34,900 bases of DNA from positions 1 to 34,900 of the forward strand of contig JABEUP010000063.1 in assembly GCA_013044365.1 (NCBI GenBank), read 5' to 3'. Shown piece by piece: positions 19,833 to 29,608 of the stretch (position 1 is its first letter; the number at the start of each line of letters is the position of its first letter). The stretch comes from Acidimicrobiaceae bacterium (GTDB taxonomy: Bacteria; Actinomycetota; Acidimicrobiia; Acidimicrobiales; Acidimicrobiaceae). A model generated the notes under the pieces. It searched no databases. It had not been told where the DNA came from and worked only from the letters and a program-made list of their open reading frames with translations. Made by a program: the position numbers and the translations under genes.

Positions 19833-20243
19833 CTACGCGGTCATATCCTTGATCTTCCGGGCGATTTTCATTCCAGACTCATTAGGGGCAATGGTGCCTT
19901 GAAGAGCCATCAGTTTGGTCAAATCACCGGTCACCTTTATCTTGCCAGCCATGAAGGCCTGAATCGCAGCCTGCGAGTCCAGATCCACGAATATTGCCTT
20001 AGCGGTTTCGTAGTCAACGACCACCGATACTTCTGGGTTTTCTAACTCCCCAAGTTCGATTTCTAAAGAACCCTTGGAAGTGTCGACGAACGTCCGGAGC
20101 TCGCTTGTTCCGAAGGGCAGGTCCGTTACCAATTGATTCATTCTGATTGTGACGGAGGGACTGGTTTCGCTATCACGGTTGGCTTCGCGAATCTCATTTG
20201 CTTTTTCAATCCATTCAGGACTTAGGAATAGGAACTTTTCCAT
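19833..20243 (-). CDS. SCP2 sterol-binding-domain protein
   Basis: MEKFLFLSPEWIEKANE...AIQAFMAGKIKVTGDLTKLMAL is the typical SCP2 C-terminal pattern. ATG 20243 lies 7 nt after GGAAGG, and the ORF is open to 20285. It is convergent with the kinase, with only 2 nt between the stops. Confidence 0.75.
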   Translation of the reverse strand: MEKFLFLSPEWIEKANEIREANRDSETSPSVTIRMNQLVTDLPFGTSELRTFVDTSKGSLEIELGELENPEVSVVVDYETAKAIFVDLDSQAAIQAFMAGKIKVTGDLTKLMALQGTIAPNESGMKIARKIKDMTA

Positions 20244-20911
20244 GACGTGACCTTCCCTGTAACTCTCGCTCTTGATGATAATCATTTTGGGCAGACAGTG
20301 TATTCGATCTTATCGACTTGTCTTATTCGGGGACGGGCTTAAGGGCATATTGGAATCTGAAACTGCAAGGAGTAGAAGCCTGCGACAGATACAACATCGT
20401 ATACGCAGTCCAGACGGGCAATGTCGGTCGTTAAGTTGGTCTGACGGAAGCGATTTTGTCTGGAGGCTATAGGCCGCCATTGCAGTGCCGATTTGGGTGG
20501 TCAAATCGCAGTCTTTCTGGTTGGGTTGTTAACGGATTGTCTCATCTTTTTAAGGCCGAATACCTTAAGGTTGACGGGTTGAAGTTTGTGCTTTCTCGGC
20601 TGCCGGGCCTTGCCAAAGGCAGTTGAAGATTTTGGGACGATCCGAAGCGGTATGCTTATTTTTCTCCGAACAGGATTATGTTGCGCCGGTTCAATCTGCT
20701 GTCATTCTGGTGATTGTCGAGGTTTACTCCAATTAGAAGAGGGTATCGTTGGATAAGACCTGCCATGTTGCCAAATTGGACTACAATGCCGAGTCGGTAA
20801 ATGAATTCCCGCTCAAATTGTTCAGGCGCCAGGATAATTAGGTTTGAGCGTAAAGTGATTTCGGATTCATCCGTCCGCATTTGCTAAGGTGCGCCGCCGC
20901 GAGAGATAAGA

Positions 20912-21223
20912 TTGGATTGCATGTCAGACAGTATCTCTAGAAAAGAAGTTATTCATGTGGCGAACCTCGCCCGACTCTCACTGAGCGAAGAGGAAGAGCT
21001 CACATACACAGGTCAGCTGGCTGCGATACTTGACCATGCCCGGGACATAATGGCGCTTGACACAGCTGGCTTGATGCCAACGGCGCACCCACTTGAGCTT
21101 ACGAACGTATTTCGGCCAGATGTTGAAATGCCCTCTCTCGATCGCGAGGAGGTCTTGTCGCAGGCCCCTGCCTCAGAGGATGGTAGGTTTCTGGTGCCGC
21201 GGATACTTGGAGAGGCTCCATGA
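20912..21223 (+). CDS. gatC: Asp/Glu-tRNA(Asn/Gln) amidotransferase subunit C
   Basis: [21 protein letters not shown]...[12 protein letters not shown] is typical GatC. TTG 20912 lies 6 nt after GAGAG, and ATG 20921 is the alternative start. There is a 4-nt ATGA overlap with gatA. Confidence 0.9.
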   Translation: MDCMSDSISRKEVIHVANLARLSLSEEEELTYTGQLAAILDHARDIMALDTAGLMPTAHPLELTNVFRPDVEMPSLDREEVLSQAPASEDGRFLVPRILGEAP

Positions 21224-22683
21224 CGGGAAGTTCTGTCGGGCTTGGCGCTTGCCAAATAGCCGAATTGGTCAAATCTAAGCAGATATCTGCCGTCGAAGTG
21301 ACACAGGAGCACCTAGCGCTGAATGAATTTTATGACTCCGCGCTACATTCATTTCTGGAAATCACCGAGGCGGCGGCTATTTCGACTGCGAAAGAGATTG
21401 ACGCGAAGATTGCCAAGGGTGAGGACGCAGGGCTTTTGGCTGGTGTGCCTATTGCATTGAAGGATAATTTAGTTACCCGGGGAATAGCAACCACATGTGC
21501 ATCCCAAATTCTAAAGGGCTGGAAGCCTCCATATAGTGCCACGGTGGTGAAAAAAGTGAGCGGGGCCGGCGGTGTATCTCTTGGAAAAACAAACTTAGAC
21601 GAGTTTGCTATGGGTTCGTCCACAGAAAACTCCTCGTTCGGCCCGACCAGGAATCCATACGATCTAAAGAGGGTTCCGGGCGGTTCATCTGGAGGTTCTG
21701 CTGCTGCGGTTGCGGCAAAATTCGTTCCGCTTGCGCTAGGGTCAGACACCGGTGGGTCCATTCGTCAGCCTGCCGCTTTATGCGGTATTGTCGGAGTCAA
21801 ACCAACCTATGGGACTGTATCCCGATACGGACTGATTGCATTTGCATCGTCACTGGATCAGGTTGGTCCGCTCGCCCGCAATGTTAAAGACGCCGCTCTT
21901 TTGCTCCAGGTTATTGCTGGGCACGATCCCAAGGATTCGACCAGTTTGGTAGATGCAACCCCAGACTTCGTTTCGGTGATAGACCATGGAGTCGAAGGTT
22001 TGCGAGTGGGTATTATTGAGGAGCTCGTTGACGGAGTGGCTCCCATGGTTGGAGAAGCACTCAAGGCATCAGCGGCCAGCCTTACCAGTCAGGGGGCAAC
22101 AGTGGAATACGTTTCGGTTCCAGCTGTGGCCTACGGTCTTTCCGCCTATTACCTGATTGCACCCGCTGAGGCATCTTCTAATCTGGCGCGTTACGACGGA
22201 GTCCGTTATGGACTTCGGGTGGAGGGTCAGGACATGAACGAAACCTATGTCGCCTCGAGGACAAAGGGTTTCGGCGCAGAGGTGAAAAGACGGATAATGC
22301 TGGGGACGTTTGCCCTGTCTTCTGGCTATTACGACGCATATTACGGAAAGGCTCAGAAAGTAAGGACGATGATCATCGGTTCTTTTAAGAAGGCGTATGA
22401 GCAATTTGACGTGCTGCTGTCACCTACTGCACCGACAACCGCATTCGAGCTTGGCGCCAAAGCTGCCGATCCTTTGTCGATGTATCTCTCCGATGTATGT
22501 ACGATACCAACGAATCTTGCAGGCCACCCCGCAATGAGCGTGCCCTACGGTCTTGGCGAGAATCAGATGCCAATCGGCATTCAAGTACTGGCGCCTGCTT
22601 TGGGCGAGGCAAACATGTTTAGAGTTGCCGCCGCGATAGAGAATGATGCTCCGCCGATTTCAAAGACGCTGTTTTGGGAGTAG
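21220..22683 (+). CDS. gatA: Asp/Glu-tRNA(Asn/Gln) amidotransferase subunit A
   Basis: Amidase signature [13 protein letters not shown]...[12 protein letters not shown]. 487 aa, and the position between gatC and gatB supports the call. Confidence 0.95.
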   Translation: MTGSSVGLGACQIAELVKSKQISAVEVTQEHLALNEFYDSALHSFLEITEAAAISTAKEIDAKIAKGEDAGLLAGVPIALKDNLVTRGIATTCASQILKGWKPPYSATVVKKVSGAGGVSLGKTNLDEFAMGSSTENSSFGPTRNPYDLKRVPGGSSGGSAAAVAAKFVPLALGSDTGGSIRQPAALCGIVGVKPTYGTVSRYGLIAFASSLDQVGPLARNVKDAALLLQVIAGHDPKDSTSLVDATPDFVSVIDHGVEGLRVGIIEELVDGVAPMVGEALKASAASLTSQGATVEYVSVPAVAYGLSAYYLIAPAEASSNLARYDGVRYGLRVEGQDMNETYVASRTKGFGAEVKRRIMLGTFALSSGYYDAYYGKAQKVRTMIIGSFKKAYEQFDVLLSPTAPTTAFELGAKAADPLSMYLSDVCTIPTNLAGHPAMSVPYGLGENQMPIGIQVLAPALGEANMFRVAAAIENDAPPISKTLFWE

Positions 22684-22721
22684 ACGACCTGGCGTGAAGT
22701 TATTAGACAGGAATGAATTGA

Positions 22722-24194
22722 ATGGTAGATGATTCAGTATTTTCGGATGTAGCGCCTCAGTTTCTTCCCGGTTGGGAAATAGTCGTTGGGCTCGAGGTTC
22801 ATTGCGAACTGCGAACCAAGACGAAGCTGTTTTGCGGTTGTGCCAACTCATTTGGACGTGAACCGAATACTAATATTTGTCCGGTTTGCCTGGGATTGCC
22901 CGGGTCTCTTCCGGTGATAAACGAGCAGGCAGTGGAACTCGCAGTCCGCATAGGCCTCTCTCTCAACTGCACCGTTGATGAGTCGATCTTTCACAGAAAA
23001 AATTATTTCTATCCCGATATGCCCAAGGATTACCAGGTTTCCCAGTATGAGAAGGCAATCAACGAAAATGGTTACCTTGAGCTGCCTCTGTCAAGGAAGA
23101 TTGTCAGAATCGAGCGTGCTCACATTGAGGAGGATACTGGCAAGTCAACCCATGTTGGCGGAGACAACGGGCGTATCCACGGAGCGGATCATTCGCTGGT
23201 TGACTACAACAGGGCTGGCATTCCGCTGGTTGAGATTGTTTCTGCTCCGGATCTGCGCTCTGCCGAGGAGGCCCGCGAATACGTATCAGAGCTTCGGTCT
23301 ATCCTGGTGGCGAGTGGGGCCTCAGACGGGAAAATGGAGGAAGGCTCACTACGTGTTGATGCAAATGTCTCGGTACGCCAGCTTGGTTTGTCGGAGTTTG
23401 GAACTAGGTGCGAGATCAAGAACCTCAACTCCCTTCGGTCTCTGGTAAGAGCGATCGGTTATGAGGCACAGCGGCAGGTCGCACTTATCGAATCGGGTGG
23501 GAAGATAATTCAGCAGACGCGGCACTGGAATGAGGATCAGGGCGTTACATCGGCGATGCGCTCCAAGGAAGAGGCCTATGATTACCGCTATTTTCCGGAA
23601 CCCGATCTTGTTCCTTTGAGTCCTTCCAGCGAATGGATCACTGAGATAAAAGGCCGAATCGGACTTTTGCCAGCATCGCGCCGAGAGAGACTGGCTGTAC
23701 TTTTCGATGGTGTTTCCTCGGGATCCACCTTTGATCAAATCGTGACTGCCGTTAATCTGGGCCTAGATGACTTGATAGTTGGATCGGTTGAGAGCGGTGC
23801 CGACCCAAGGTTGGCGTTAGCGAGAGCTACCAATGAGGTAGCCGGTGACCTGGAGAAACTGTCAAATCTAACGGTTGAGAAATTCAGCGATCTTATCAAG
23901 ATGGAATCGGAGCGCAAGCTTTCCGCAACCCAGGCTAAGAATGTACTTGCGCAGATGCTCGTATCAGGGGCAACTGCCCTCGACATCGCCAAAGCGATGG
24001 GATTTGAGGCGCTGGACTCGTCGGTTATCGAGGATCTAGTTGATCAGGTTATTAGCTCGTCACCCCGAGAGTGGGAGAGGTTCTCCGCCGGTGAAGACCA
24101 GCTGGCCGGATTTTTCATAGGTCAGATTATGAAGCTTTCCAAGGGTAAGGCTGATGGGAAAGTGGTCACTTCGATACTGCGTTCCAAGCGTTGA
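22722..24194 (+). CDS. gatB: Asp/Glu-tRNA(Asn/Gln) amidotransferase subunit B
   Basis: WEIVVGLEVHCEL, CPVCLGLPGSLP, DYRYFPEPDL and a C-terminal YqeY-like tail. 490 aa. Confidence 0.95.
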   Translation: MVDDSVFSDVAPQFLPGWEIVVGLEVHCELRTKTKLFCGCANSFGREPNTNICPVCLGLPGSLPVINEQAVELAVRIGLSLNCTVDESIFHRKNYFYPDMPKDYQVSQYEKAINENGYLELPLSRKIVRIERAHIEEDTGKSTHVGGDNGRIHGADHSLVDYNRAGIPLVEIVSAPDLRSAEEAREYVSELRSILVASGASDGKMEEGSLRVDANVSVRQLGLSEFGTRCEIKNLNSLRSLVRAIGYEAQRQVALIESGGKIIQQTRHWNEDQGVTSAMRSKEEAYDYRYFPEPDLVPLSPSSEWITEIKGRIGLLPASRRERLAVLFDGVSSGSTFDQIVTAVNLGLDDLIVGSVESGADPRLALARATNEVAGDLEKLSNLTVEKFSDLIKMESERKLSATQAKNVLAQMLVSGATALDIAKAMGFEALDSSVIEDLVDQVISSSPREWERFSAGEDQLAGFFIGQIMKLSKGKADGKVVTSILRSKR

Positions 24195-24341
24195 ATCCTA
24201 CCGATGGATAAGTTCCGAAGACTTCTCGCTCCACGTCCGATCTCGGTGAACGGCGCCGCTTTGTAGAACTTGGGATTTTAGAGCCGGTAGTTTTTTCTAG
24301 CCAGACGTGCAAAATTAAACTTTTTCACTTATTCTTTAGCT

Positions 24342-26048
24342 ATGTCAAATGAGTTATCTAATAATTTTTCCCATAATCCCCTGAAGCCCCGAAGTTATGA
24401 AGTAACGGACGGTTATCGACGTGCTCCAGCAAGGGCAATGTTGAGAGCGGTGGGTATGACCGATGGAGACTGGGATAAGCCCCAAATCGGGATCGCCTCT
24501 TCGTGGAATGAGGTAACCCCGTGCAACATGTCGTTAGACAAGCTCGCAAAGATATCCCGGGAGGGTGTCACCTCTGCGGGAGGGTTTCCCTTTGAGTTTG
24601 TAACTATTGCCGTTTCTGATGCTATATCCATGGGCCATGAAGGAATGAGAGCTTCATTGGTATCGCGTGAAGTGATAGCGGATTCTGTCGAGATCATGAT
24701 GCACGCCGAGAGGTTCGATGCTTTGGTCTCTCTGGCGGGTTGTGATAAGTCGCTCCCCGGTATGCTCATGGCAGCCGCTCGCCTGAACGTTCCGGCGATC
24801 TTCCTCTATGGAGGAAGTATTATGCCGGGTCATCAAGATGACAAGGTACTCGATATTGTTTCGGTGTTCGAGGCGGTTGGAGCTGTGGGTGCCGGCACCC
24901 TGACAGAGGAGGAGCTCGCGCTTATAGAAACCCACGCCTGTCCCACAGTTGGAAGTTGCGCTGGAATGTTTACCGCCAACACCATGGCCTCGGTTGCCGA
25001 AGCACTTGGCATGTCGCTCCCGGGTTCAGCGGCAACACCGGCGGTTGACGACCGTATGGCTGACTATGCCTTCAGGTCAGGCCAAGCCGTGATTGGCCTT
25101 TTGAAGCGTGATATCAAAGCGCGAGACATCATGACCAAGGAGGCGTTCGAAAATGCGATCTCAGTAGTTATGGCCCTCGGTGGTTCAACTAATGCCGTAC
25201 TCCATCTTCTTGCCATTGCCAACGAAGCAGATGTTGATCTAACAATCGACGACTTCAATAAGATTGCAGCGCGCGTTCCTCACTTAGCTGACACTAAGCC
25301 TCATGGCAAATATCACATGTATGACATAGACCGCGTCGGTGGAGTTGCTGTGGTACTCAAACATCTTCTGGACAACGGTTTGCTGCACGGCGATTGTATG
25401 ACGGTGACGGGGAAGACCATGGCGGAGAACCTGGCTGAAATCAATCCTCCCGCTCCGGATGGAGAAGTGATTCACCCGCTTGCCGACGCAATCAATCCGG
25501 TGGGCGGAATCGCAATTCTGAAGGGTTCTATGGCACCGAGGGGATCTGTTGTAAAAGTAGCCGGACTTGATACCAGACATTTTGATGGTATTGCGCGGGT
25601 ATTTGATGGTGAGGACGCCGCCATGGAGGCAATCCTCGCCGGAGAGATTCAGCCAGGTAATATCGTTGTAATTCGCTACGAGGGTCCCAAGGGTGGTCCT
25701 GGGATGCGCGAGATGTTGGCAGTGACTGGAGCTATGAAAGGCGCTGGACGAGGCTCAGATGCGGCTTTGCTTACCGACGGAAGGTTTTCCGGCGGGACCC
25801 ACGGCTTCTGTATCGGCCACGTAGCCCCAGAAGCAGTGGATGGGGGGCCAATCGCATTTGTAAAAGATGGTGACAGGATTGTAATTGACGTGGACGACCA
25901 CAGTATCGATTTAATGGTCGATACGAATGAGTTGGATCGGCGCCGGAACGAGTGGCGCGTGCCACCGCCCCGTTACACTCGCGGTGCGCTGGCTAAATAT
26001 GCACGGTTGGTAGTTGGCGCAGACAAAGGCGCCATTACGGAAGCATAA
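24342..26048 (+). CDS. ilvD: dihydroxy-acid dehydratase
   Basis: 568 aa. [51 protein letters not shown]. Confidence 0.95.
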   Translation: MSNELSNNFSHNPLKPRSYEVTDGYRRAPARAMLRAVGMTDGDWDKPQIGIASSWNEVTPCNMSLDKLAKISREGVTSAGGFPFEFVTIAVSDAISMGHEGMRASLVSREVIADSVEIMMHAERFDALVSLAGCDKSLPGMLMAAARLNVPAIFLYGGSIMPGHQDDKVLDIVSVFEAVGAVGAGTLTEEELALIETHACPTVGSCAGMFTANTMASVAEALGMSLPGSAATPAVDDRMADYAFRSGQAVIGLLKRDIKARDIMTKEAFENAISVVMALGGSTNAVLHLLAIANEADVDLTIDDFNKIAARVPHLADTKPHGKYHMYDIDRVGGVAVVLKHLLDNGLLHGDCMTVTGKTMAENLAEINPPAPDGEVIHPLADAINPVGGIAILKGSMAPRGSVVKVAGLDTRHFDGIARVFDGEDAAMEAILAGEIQPGNIVVIRYEGPKGGPGMREMLAVTGAMKGAGRGSDAALLTDGRFSGGTHGFCIGHVAPEAVDGGPIAFVKDGDRIVIDVDDHSIDLMVDTNELDRRRNEWRVPPPRYTRGALAKYARLVVGADKGAITEA

Positions 26049-26069
26049 AGCTGTTTTTGTGAGGCGATG

Positions 26070-26107
26070 TTTGTGGAAAATGGTGGTTATGCACCATTTT
26101 CCACAAA
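26070..26107 (+). terminator. perfect 16-bp stem hairpin downstream of ilvD (no U-tract)
   Basis: TTTGTGGAAAATGGTG (26070-26085) pairs with CACCATTTTCCACAAA (26092-26107) around a 6-nt loop, 22 nt after the ilvD stop. It is followed by As rather than Ts, so it is an I-shaped or U-less terminator, or a protein-binding palindrome. Confidence 0.5.
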
Positions 26108-26154
26108 AAAGTTAACTATTTATTAGGTTTTGCTAAGAATATGCCCTATTGTTA

Positions 26155-26199
26155 ATGGCGATGAGTAAAAGTCTTTTGGTGGTAGTAGTAATCGAGTAG
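26155..26199 (+). CDS. ilvB leader peptide MAMSKSLLVVVVIE (attenuation control)
   Basis: 14-codon ORF in which 7 consecutive codons are Leu-Leu-Val-Val-Val-Val-Ile. It sits 77 nt upstream of ilvB and is followed immediately by hairpins with T-runs. No SD, so it is possibly leaderless or weakly initiated. Confidence 0.7.
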   Translation: MAMSKSLLVVVVIE

Positions 26200-26255
26200 C
26201 GCACGGCGAGATAAAACATCGTGCGCTTTTTGGCCTCCCGATAGGGAGGTTTTTT
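26199..26255 (+). promoter_or_regulatory. ilvB transcription attenuator: two tandem hairpins, each followed by a T-run
   Basis: Hairpin 1: GCGCACG (26199-26205) pairs with CGTGCGC (26220-26226), followed by TTTTT. Hairpin 2: CCTCCC (26234-26239) pairs with GGGAGG (26244-26249) around loop GATA, followed by TTTTTT (26250-26255). Confidence 0.7.
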
Positions 26256-26275
26256 AGTTTATCTGGGAGTTGGAA

Positions 26276-28000
26276 ATGAAACTAACTGGAGCGCAGGCTT
26301 TGATTAAAAGCCTGGAAATGCAGGGCGTGGAAGTGATGTTTGGCCTGCCGGGCGGAGCTATCCTTCCTGTCTATGATCCAATAATTGACTCGCCTATTCG
26401 ACATATTTTGGTGAGGCACGAACAAGGCGCCGGTCATATGGCCGAGGGGTATGCCCACGCAACCGGAAGACCTGGAGTTGCAATGGTAACTTCGGGGCCT
26501 GCGGCTACGAATATAGTTACTCCTTTGGCGGATGCTTACATGGACTCGATACCGATCGTGGTGATAACCGGCCAGGTTGCGACAGGTTCCATTGGAACGG
26601 ATGCATTCCAGGAAGCTGACACCACCGGAATTACGATGAGTGTGACAAAACACAACTGGTTAGTCACCAATGCCAACGACATCCCAAATGTCGTTGCAGA
26701 AGCATTTCACGTTGCCACCACGGGTCGTCCTGGTCCGGTTCTGATCGACTTTCCAAAAGACGTGGCTAACGCCACTATGGATTGGTATTGGCCTACATCA
26801 ATTGACCTTCCCGGTTATAAGCCAAATACCCGCGGTCATTCCAAGATGATTGCGGCGGCGGTGAAAATGCTATTCGAGTCGACCAAGCCGGTTTTCTATG
26901 TTGGCGGTGGAGTACTCAAGGCTCGCGGTTCGGAGGCTTTGGCGGAACTGGTTGAGCTGACTGGAATCCCGGTTGTCACGACCCTGATGGCGCGGGGGGC
27001 CTTCCCGGATGACCACCCATTATGTTTGGGAATGCCGGGAATGCATGGCAACTATACTGCCGTTACCTCGATGCAGCAGGCGGATCTCCTTGTCGCGTTG
27101 GGAAGTCGCTTTGATGATAGGGTGACAGGGAAACTTGATGGGTTTGCGCCGAATGCGAAGATCATTCACGTCGATATAGATCCTGCTGAGCTTGGTAAGT
27201 TGAGGCGTCCAGACGTTCCAATAGTTGGTGATTGCCGTAGTGTGATGGAGGATATCATCAGGTCCATCAAGGCAGACCCGCAAGCCTACAATCAGAGGGC
27301 TGATATTTCGGACTGGATTGTTACCGTTAAACAGTGGCAGGAGAAATACCCGCTTAAATACGATCAGCCTTCGCTTACCGGGGTGCTGAAACCCCAGTAT
27401 GTGATTGAGAAGTTGCGAGATGCCAATCCTAGTGACACTATCGTGGTCTCCGGAGTAGGTCAGCATCAGATGTGGGCGTCCCAATACTGGAAATTCAATC
27501 ACCCGTACACCTGGATCAATTCTGGTGGGCTCGGGACGATGGGCTTTGCGATTCCCGCTGCAATTGGCGCAAAGGTTGGAAAGCCAGACCGCGTTGTGTG
27601 GGCGGTGGACGGAGATGGGTGCTTCCAAATGACAGCCCAGGAACTTGTTACTGCCTCAATGGAGCAGATTCCGATCAAAGTGGCTCTGCTCAACAACTCA
27701 TATCTCGGAATGGTGCGTCAGTGGCAGGAACTCTTTTATGGGGAACGCTATTCCGAGGTTTATTTGTCACCAGACCTTCCGGACTATGTCAAATGGTCTG
27801 AGGCGATGGGATGCGCGTCATTTAGGGTTGAGAGTGCCGAAGAGGTTGGGCCAGCCATCGAGAAGGCGAATGAAATCAATGATCGTCCGGTGGTGATTGA
27901 ATTTCGAACTGACTCAAGTGAGAAGGTATTCCCAATGGTTCCCGCAGGAGTTTCGAATGACAACATTATTTTGGGTCCGGAAGGTTTGGTCAAGACATGA
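26276..28000 (+). CDS. ilvB: acetolactate synthase (AHAS) large subunit
   Basis: ThDP enzyme with [18 protein letters not shown], the ThDP motif [17 protein letters not shown]...DGDGCFQM...NN, and a FAD-binding middle domain. ATG 26276 lies 6 nt after GGGAG, and the ORF is open from TTG 26270. Confidence 0.95.
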   Translation: MKLTGAQALIKSLEMQGVEVMFGLPGGAILPVYDPIIDSPIRHILVRHEQGAGHMAEGYAHATGRPGVAMVTSGPAATNIVTPLADAYMDSIPIVVITGQVATGSIGTDAFQEADTTGITMSVTKHNWLVTNANDIPNVVAEAFHVATTGRPGPVLIDFPKDVANATMDWYWPTSIDLPGYKPNTRGHSKMIAAAVKMLFESTKPVFYVGGGVLKARGSEALAELVELTGIPVVTTLMARGAFPDDHPLCLGMPGMHGNYTAVTSMQQADLLVALGSRFDDRVTGKLDGFAPNAKIIHVDIDPAELGKLRRPDVPIVGDCRSVMEDIIRSIKADPQAYNQRADISDWIVTVKQWQEKYPLKYDQPSLTGVLKPQYVIEKLRDANPSDTIVVSGVGQHQMWASQYWKFNHPYTWINSGGLGTMGFAIPAAIGAKVGKPDRVVWAVDGDGCFQMTAQELVTASMEQIPIKVALLNNSYLGMVRQWQELFYGERYSEVYLSPDLPDYVKWSEAMGCASFRVESAEEVGPAIEKANEINDRPVVIEFRTDSSEKVFPMVPAGVSNDNIILGPEGLVKT

Positions 28001-28581
28001 GCATTTCTTATATACCTGGAAACGGGTCTCTTTCAGACCCATCTGACAATAGCGGTATCATACATCACCATGTCCTGTCCGTTTTGGTAGAGAACAGGGC
28101 AGGAGTCCTTGCACGTATTGCGCAGCTCTTTTCGCGGAGGGGGTACAATATCTTTTCGCTGGCAGTGGCTCCAACAGACGACAGCCGCTTTTCGCGAATT
28201 ACGATTGTTGTTGACGTGGACTCGGCTCCGCTGGAGCAAATAACCAAGCAGCTTCACAAATTGATAAATGTTATCAAGATATCTGAACTTGATCCCGCAG
28301 AATCAGTTGAATGCGAGTTGCTGGCAGCGACAGTAAATGCCGATATTTCCGCGCGAGGTCACGTGATGGAGCTTGTAGCACTTTTTGACGGCAAGATCAT
28401 CGATGTGGGCACAGATAAGTTGACCGTACTGGCGACAGGCGAGCCAAGCAAGCTTGATGATTTTTCTGAGCTACTTTCAAGTTTTGGAATTGTCGAGCTT
28501 CAGAGAACTGGGAGGGTAGCTCTGGCTAAGCTTGAGCGTCAGTCAAACAAATTCAAAAACACTACCGGGAGGGCTGGCTGA
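27997..28581 (+). CDS. ilvN: acetolactate synthase small (regulatory) subunit
   Basis: ACT domain [34 protein letters not shown]. 4-nt ATGA overlap with ilvB. Confidence 0.95.
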   Translation: MSISYIPGNGSLSDPSDNSGIIHHHVLSVLVENRAGVLARIAQLFSRRGYNIFSLAVAPTDDSRFSRITIVVDVDSAPLEQITKQLHKLINVIKISELDPAESVECELLAATVNADISARGHVMELVALFDGKIIDVGTDKLTVLATGEPSKLDDFSELLSSFGIVELQRTGRVALAKLERQSNKFKNTTGRAG

Positions 28582-28582
28582 T

Positions 28583-29608
28583 ATGGCCACTTTGTATTAC
28601 GAGGCAGATGCCGACGCTTCTTTACTGCAAGGCAAGAAGGTTGCCATAATTGGATACGGGTCTCAAGGACATGCGCACGCACTTAATCTTGCAGATTCGG
28701 GTGTGAACGTAGTAGTCGGGCTCAAGGAGGGATCGTCATCTAGAGCCAAGGCTCAGAATGCCGGTCTAAAGGTCGCAAGTGTCGCCGATGCAACCAGGGA
28801 TGCAGACCTTGTTATGATCCTGACGCCAGATACGGCTCAGCCTGCGGTATATGAGGCAGAGATCGCGCCAAATCTGAAAAAGGGGGCCGCGCTGGCCTTT
28901 GCTCACGGATTCAATATTCGTTACGAGCAGATTAAGCCGTCGCCGGATGTGGATGTAATCATGATCGCGCCCAAGGGGCCCGGTCATCTGGTACGTCGAA
29001 CCTACGTTGAAGGCGGTGGGATCCCTTCTCTGATTGCGGTAGCTCGGGATGCCACAGGCAACGCAAAGAGCGTAGCTCTGTCATATGCCCATGGAATCGG
29101 ATCAACTAGAGCGGGTGTTCTCGAGACGACCTTTGCTGAGGAAACTGAGACTGACCTTTTTGGGGAGCAGGTCGTGTTGTGTGGAGGTCTGGCTGCGCTG
29201 GTCACCGCTGGCTATGAAACACTGGTCGGCAATGGCTACCAGCCGGAGTCCGCATATTTTGAGTGTCTTCACGAGTTGAAGCTGATCGTGGATCTGCTGT
29301 ATGAAAATGGACTTTCAGGAATGTGGTTTTCGGTTTCAGAGACCGCTGAATGGGGCGGACTTACGAGCGGGCCGCGCATCATAAATGATGGAGTGAAAGC
29401 CGAGATGCAAAAGGTTCTCGACGAGATCCAAAATGGGCACTTTGCCGAGGTTTGGGTTCAGGAAAACAAAGATGGACAGCATAAGTTTGACGAACTCAGG
29501 AAGGCCGCTGCGGCACACCCAATCGAGCAAGTTGGTTCCCAACTAAGAGCAATGATGCCATTCATGAAGTCCGGAAGGCCAGGTCTCAAGGATGTCTCGG
29601 GCGGATAA
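28583..29608 (+). CDS. ilvC: ketol-acid reductoisomerase (class I)
   Basis: [11 protein letters not shown]...[19 protein letters not shown]...EQVVLCGG...[16 protein letters not shown] 28583 lies 1 nt after the ilvN stop and 9 nt after GGGAGGG. The longer track ORF from 28532 would overlap ilvN. Confidence 0.95.
   Translation: MATLYYEADADASLLQGKKVAIIGYGSQGHAHALNLADSGVNVVVGLKEGSSSRAKAQNAGLKVASVADATRDADLVMILTPDTAQPAVYEAEIAPNLKKGAALAFAHGFNIRYEQIKPSPDVDVIMIAPKGPGHLVRRTYVEGGGIPSLIAVARDATGNAKSVALSYAHGIGSTRAGVLETTFAEETETDLFGEQVVLCGGLAALVTAGYETLVGNGYQPESAYFECLHELKLIVDLLYENGLSGMWFSVSETAEWGGLTSGPRIINDGVKAEMQKVLDEIQNGHFAEVWVQENKDGQHKFDELRKAAAAHPIEQVGSQLRAMMPFMKSGRPGLKDVSGG

Noticed and set aside
20286-20650. 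Tested the large gap for tmRNA, RNase P RNA, SRP RNA, a T-box and common riboswitch cores.
   Set aside because: No GGAAAGUCCGGGC or ACAGAA..CCGGCUUA (RNase P). No GGUUCGA T-arm, tag ORF or CCA end (tmRNA). No T-box 14-mer, and no TPP or B12 boxes. The gap is reported only as unexplained non-coding DNA.
20656-20880. 74-aa minus-strand ORF (MRTDESEITLRSNLIILAPEQ...) just upstream of gatC.
   Set aside because: It has no SD and no recognisable family. It would leave only 31 nt for the gatC promoter, and a good -10 hexamer for gatC lies inside it. This is not enough support to call a gene.
28532-28582. N-terminal extension of ilvC ([17 protein letters not shown]...) overlapping ilvN by 50 nt.
   Set aside because: ATG 28583 gives the canonical KARI N-terminus ([11 protein letters not shown]), has a GGGAGGG SD and sits 1 nt after the ilvN stop.
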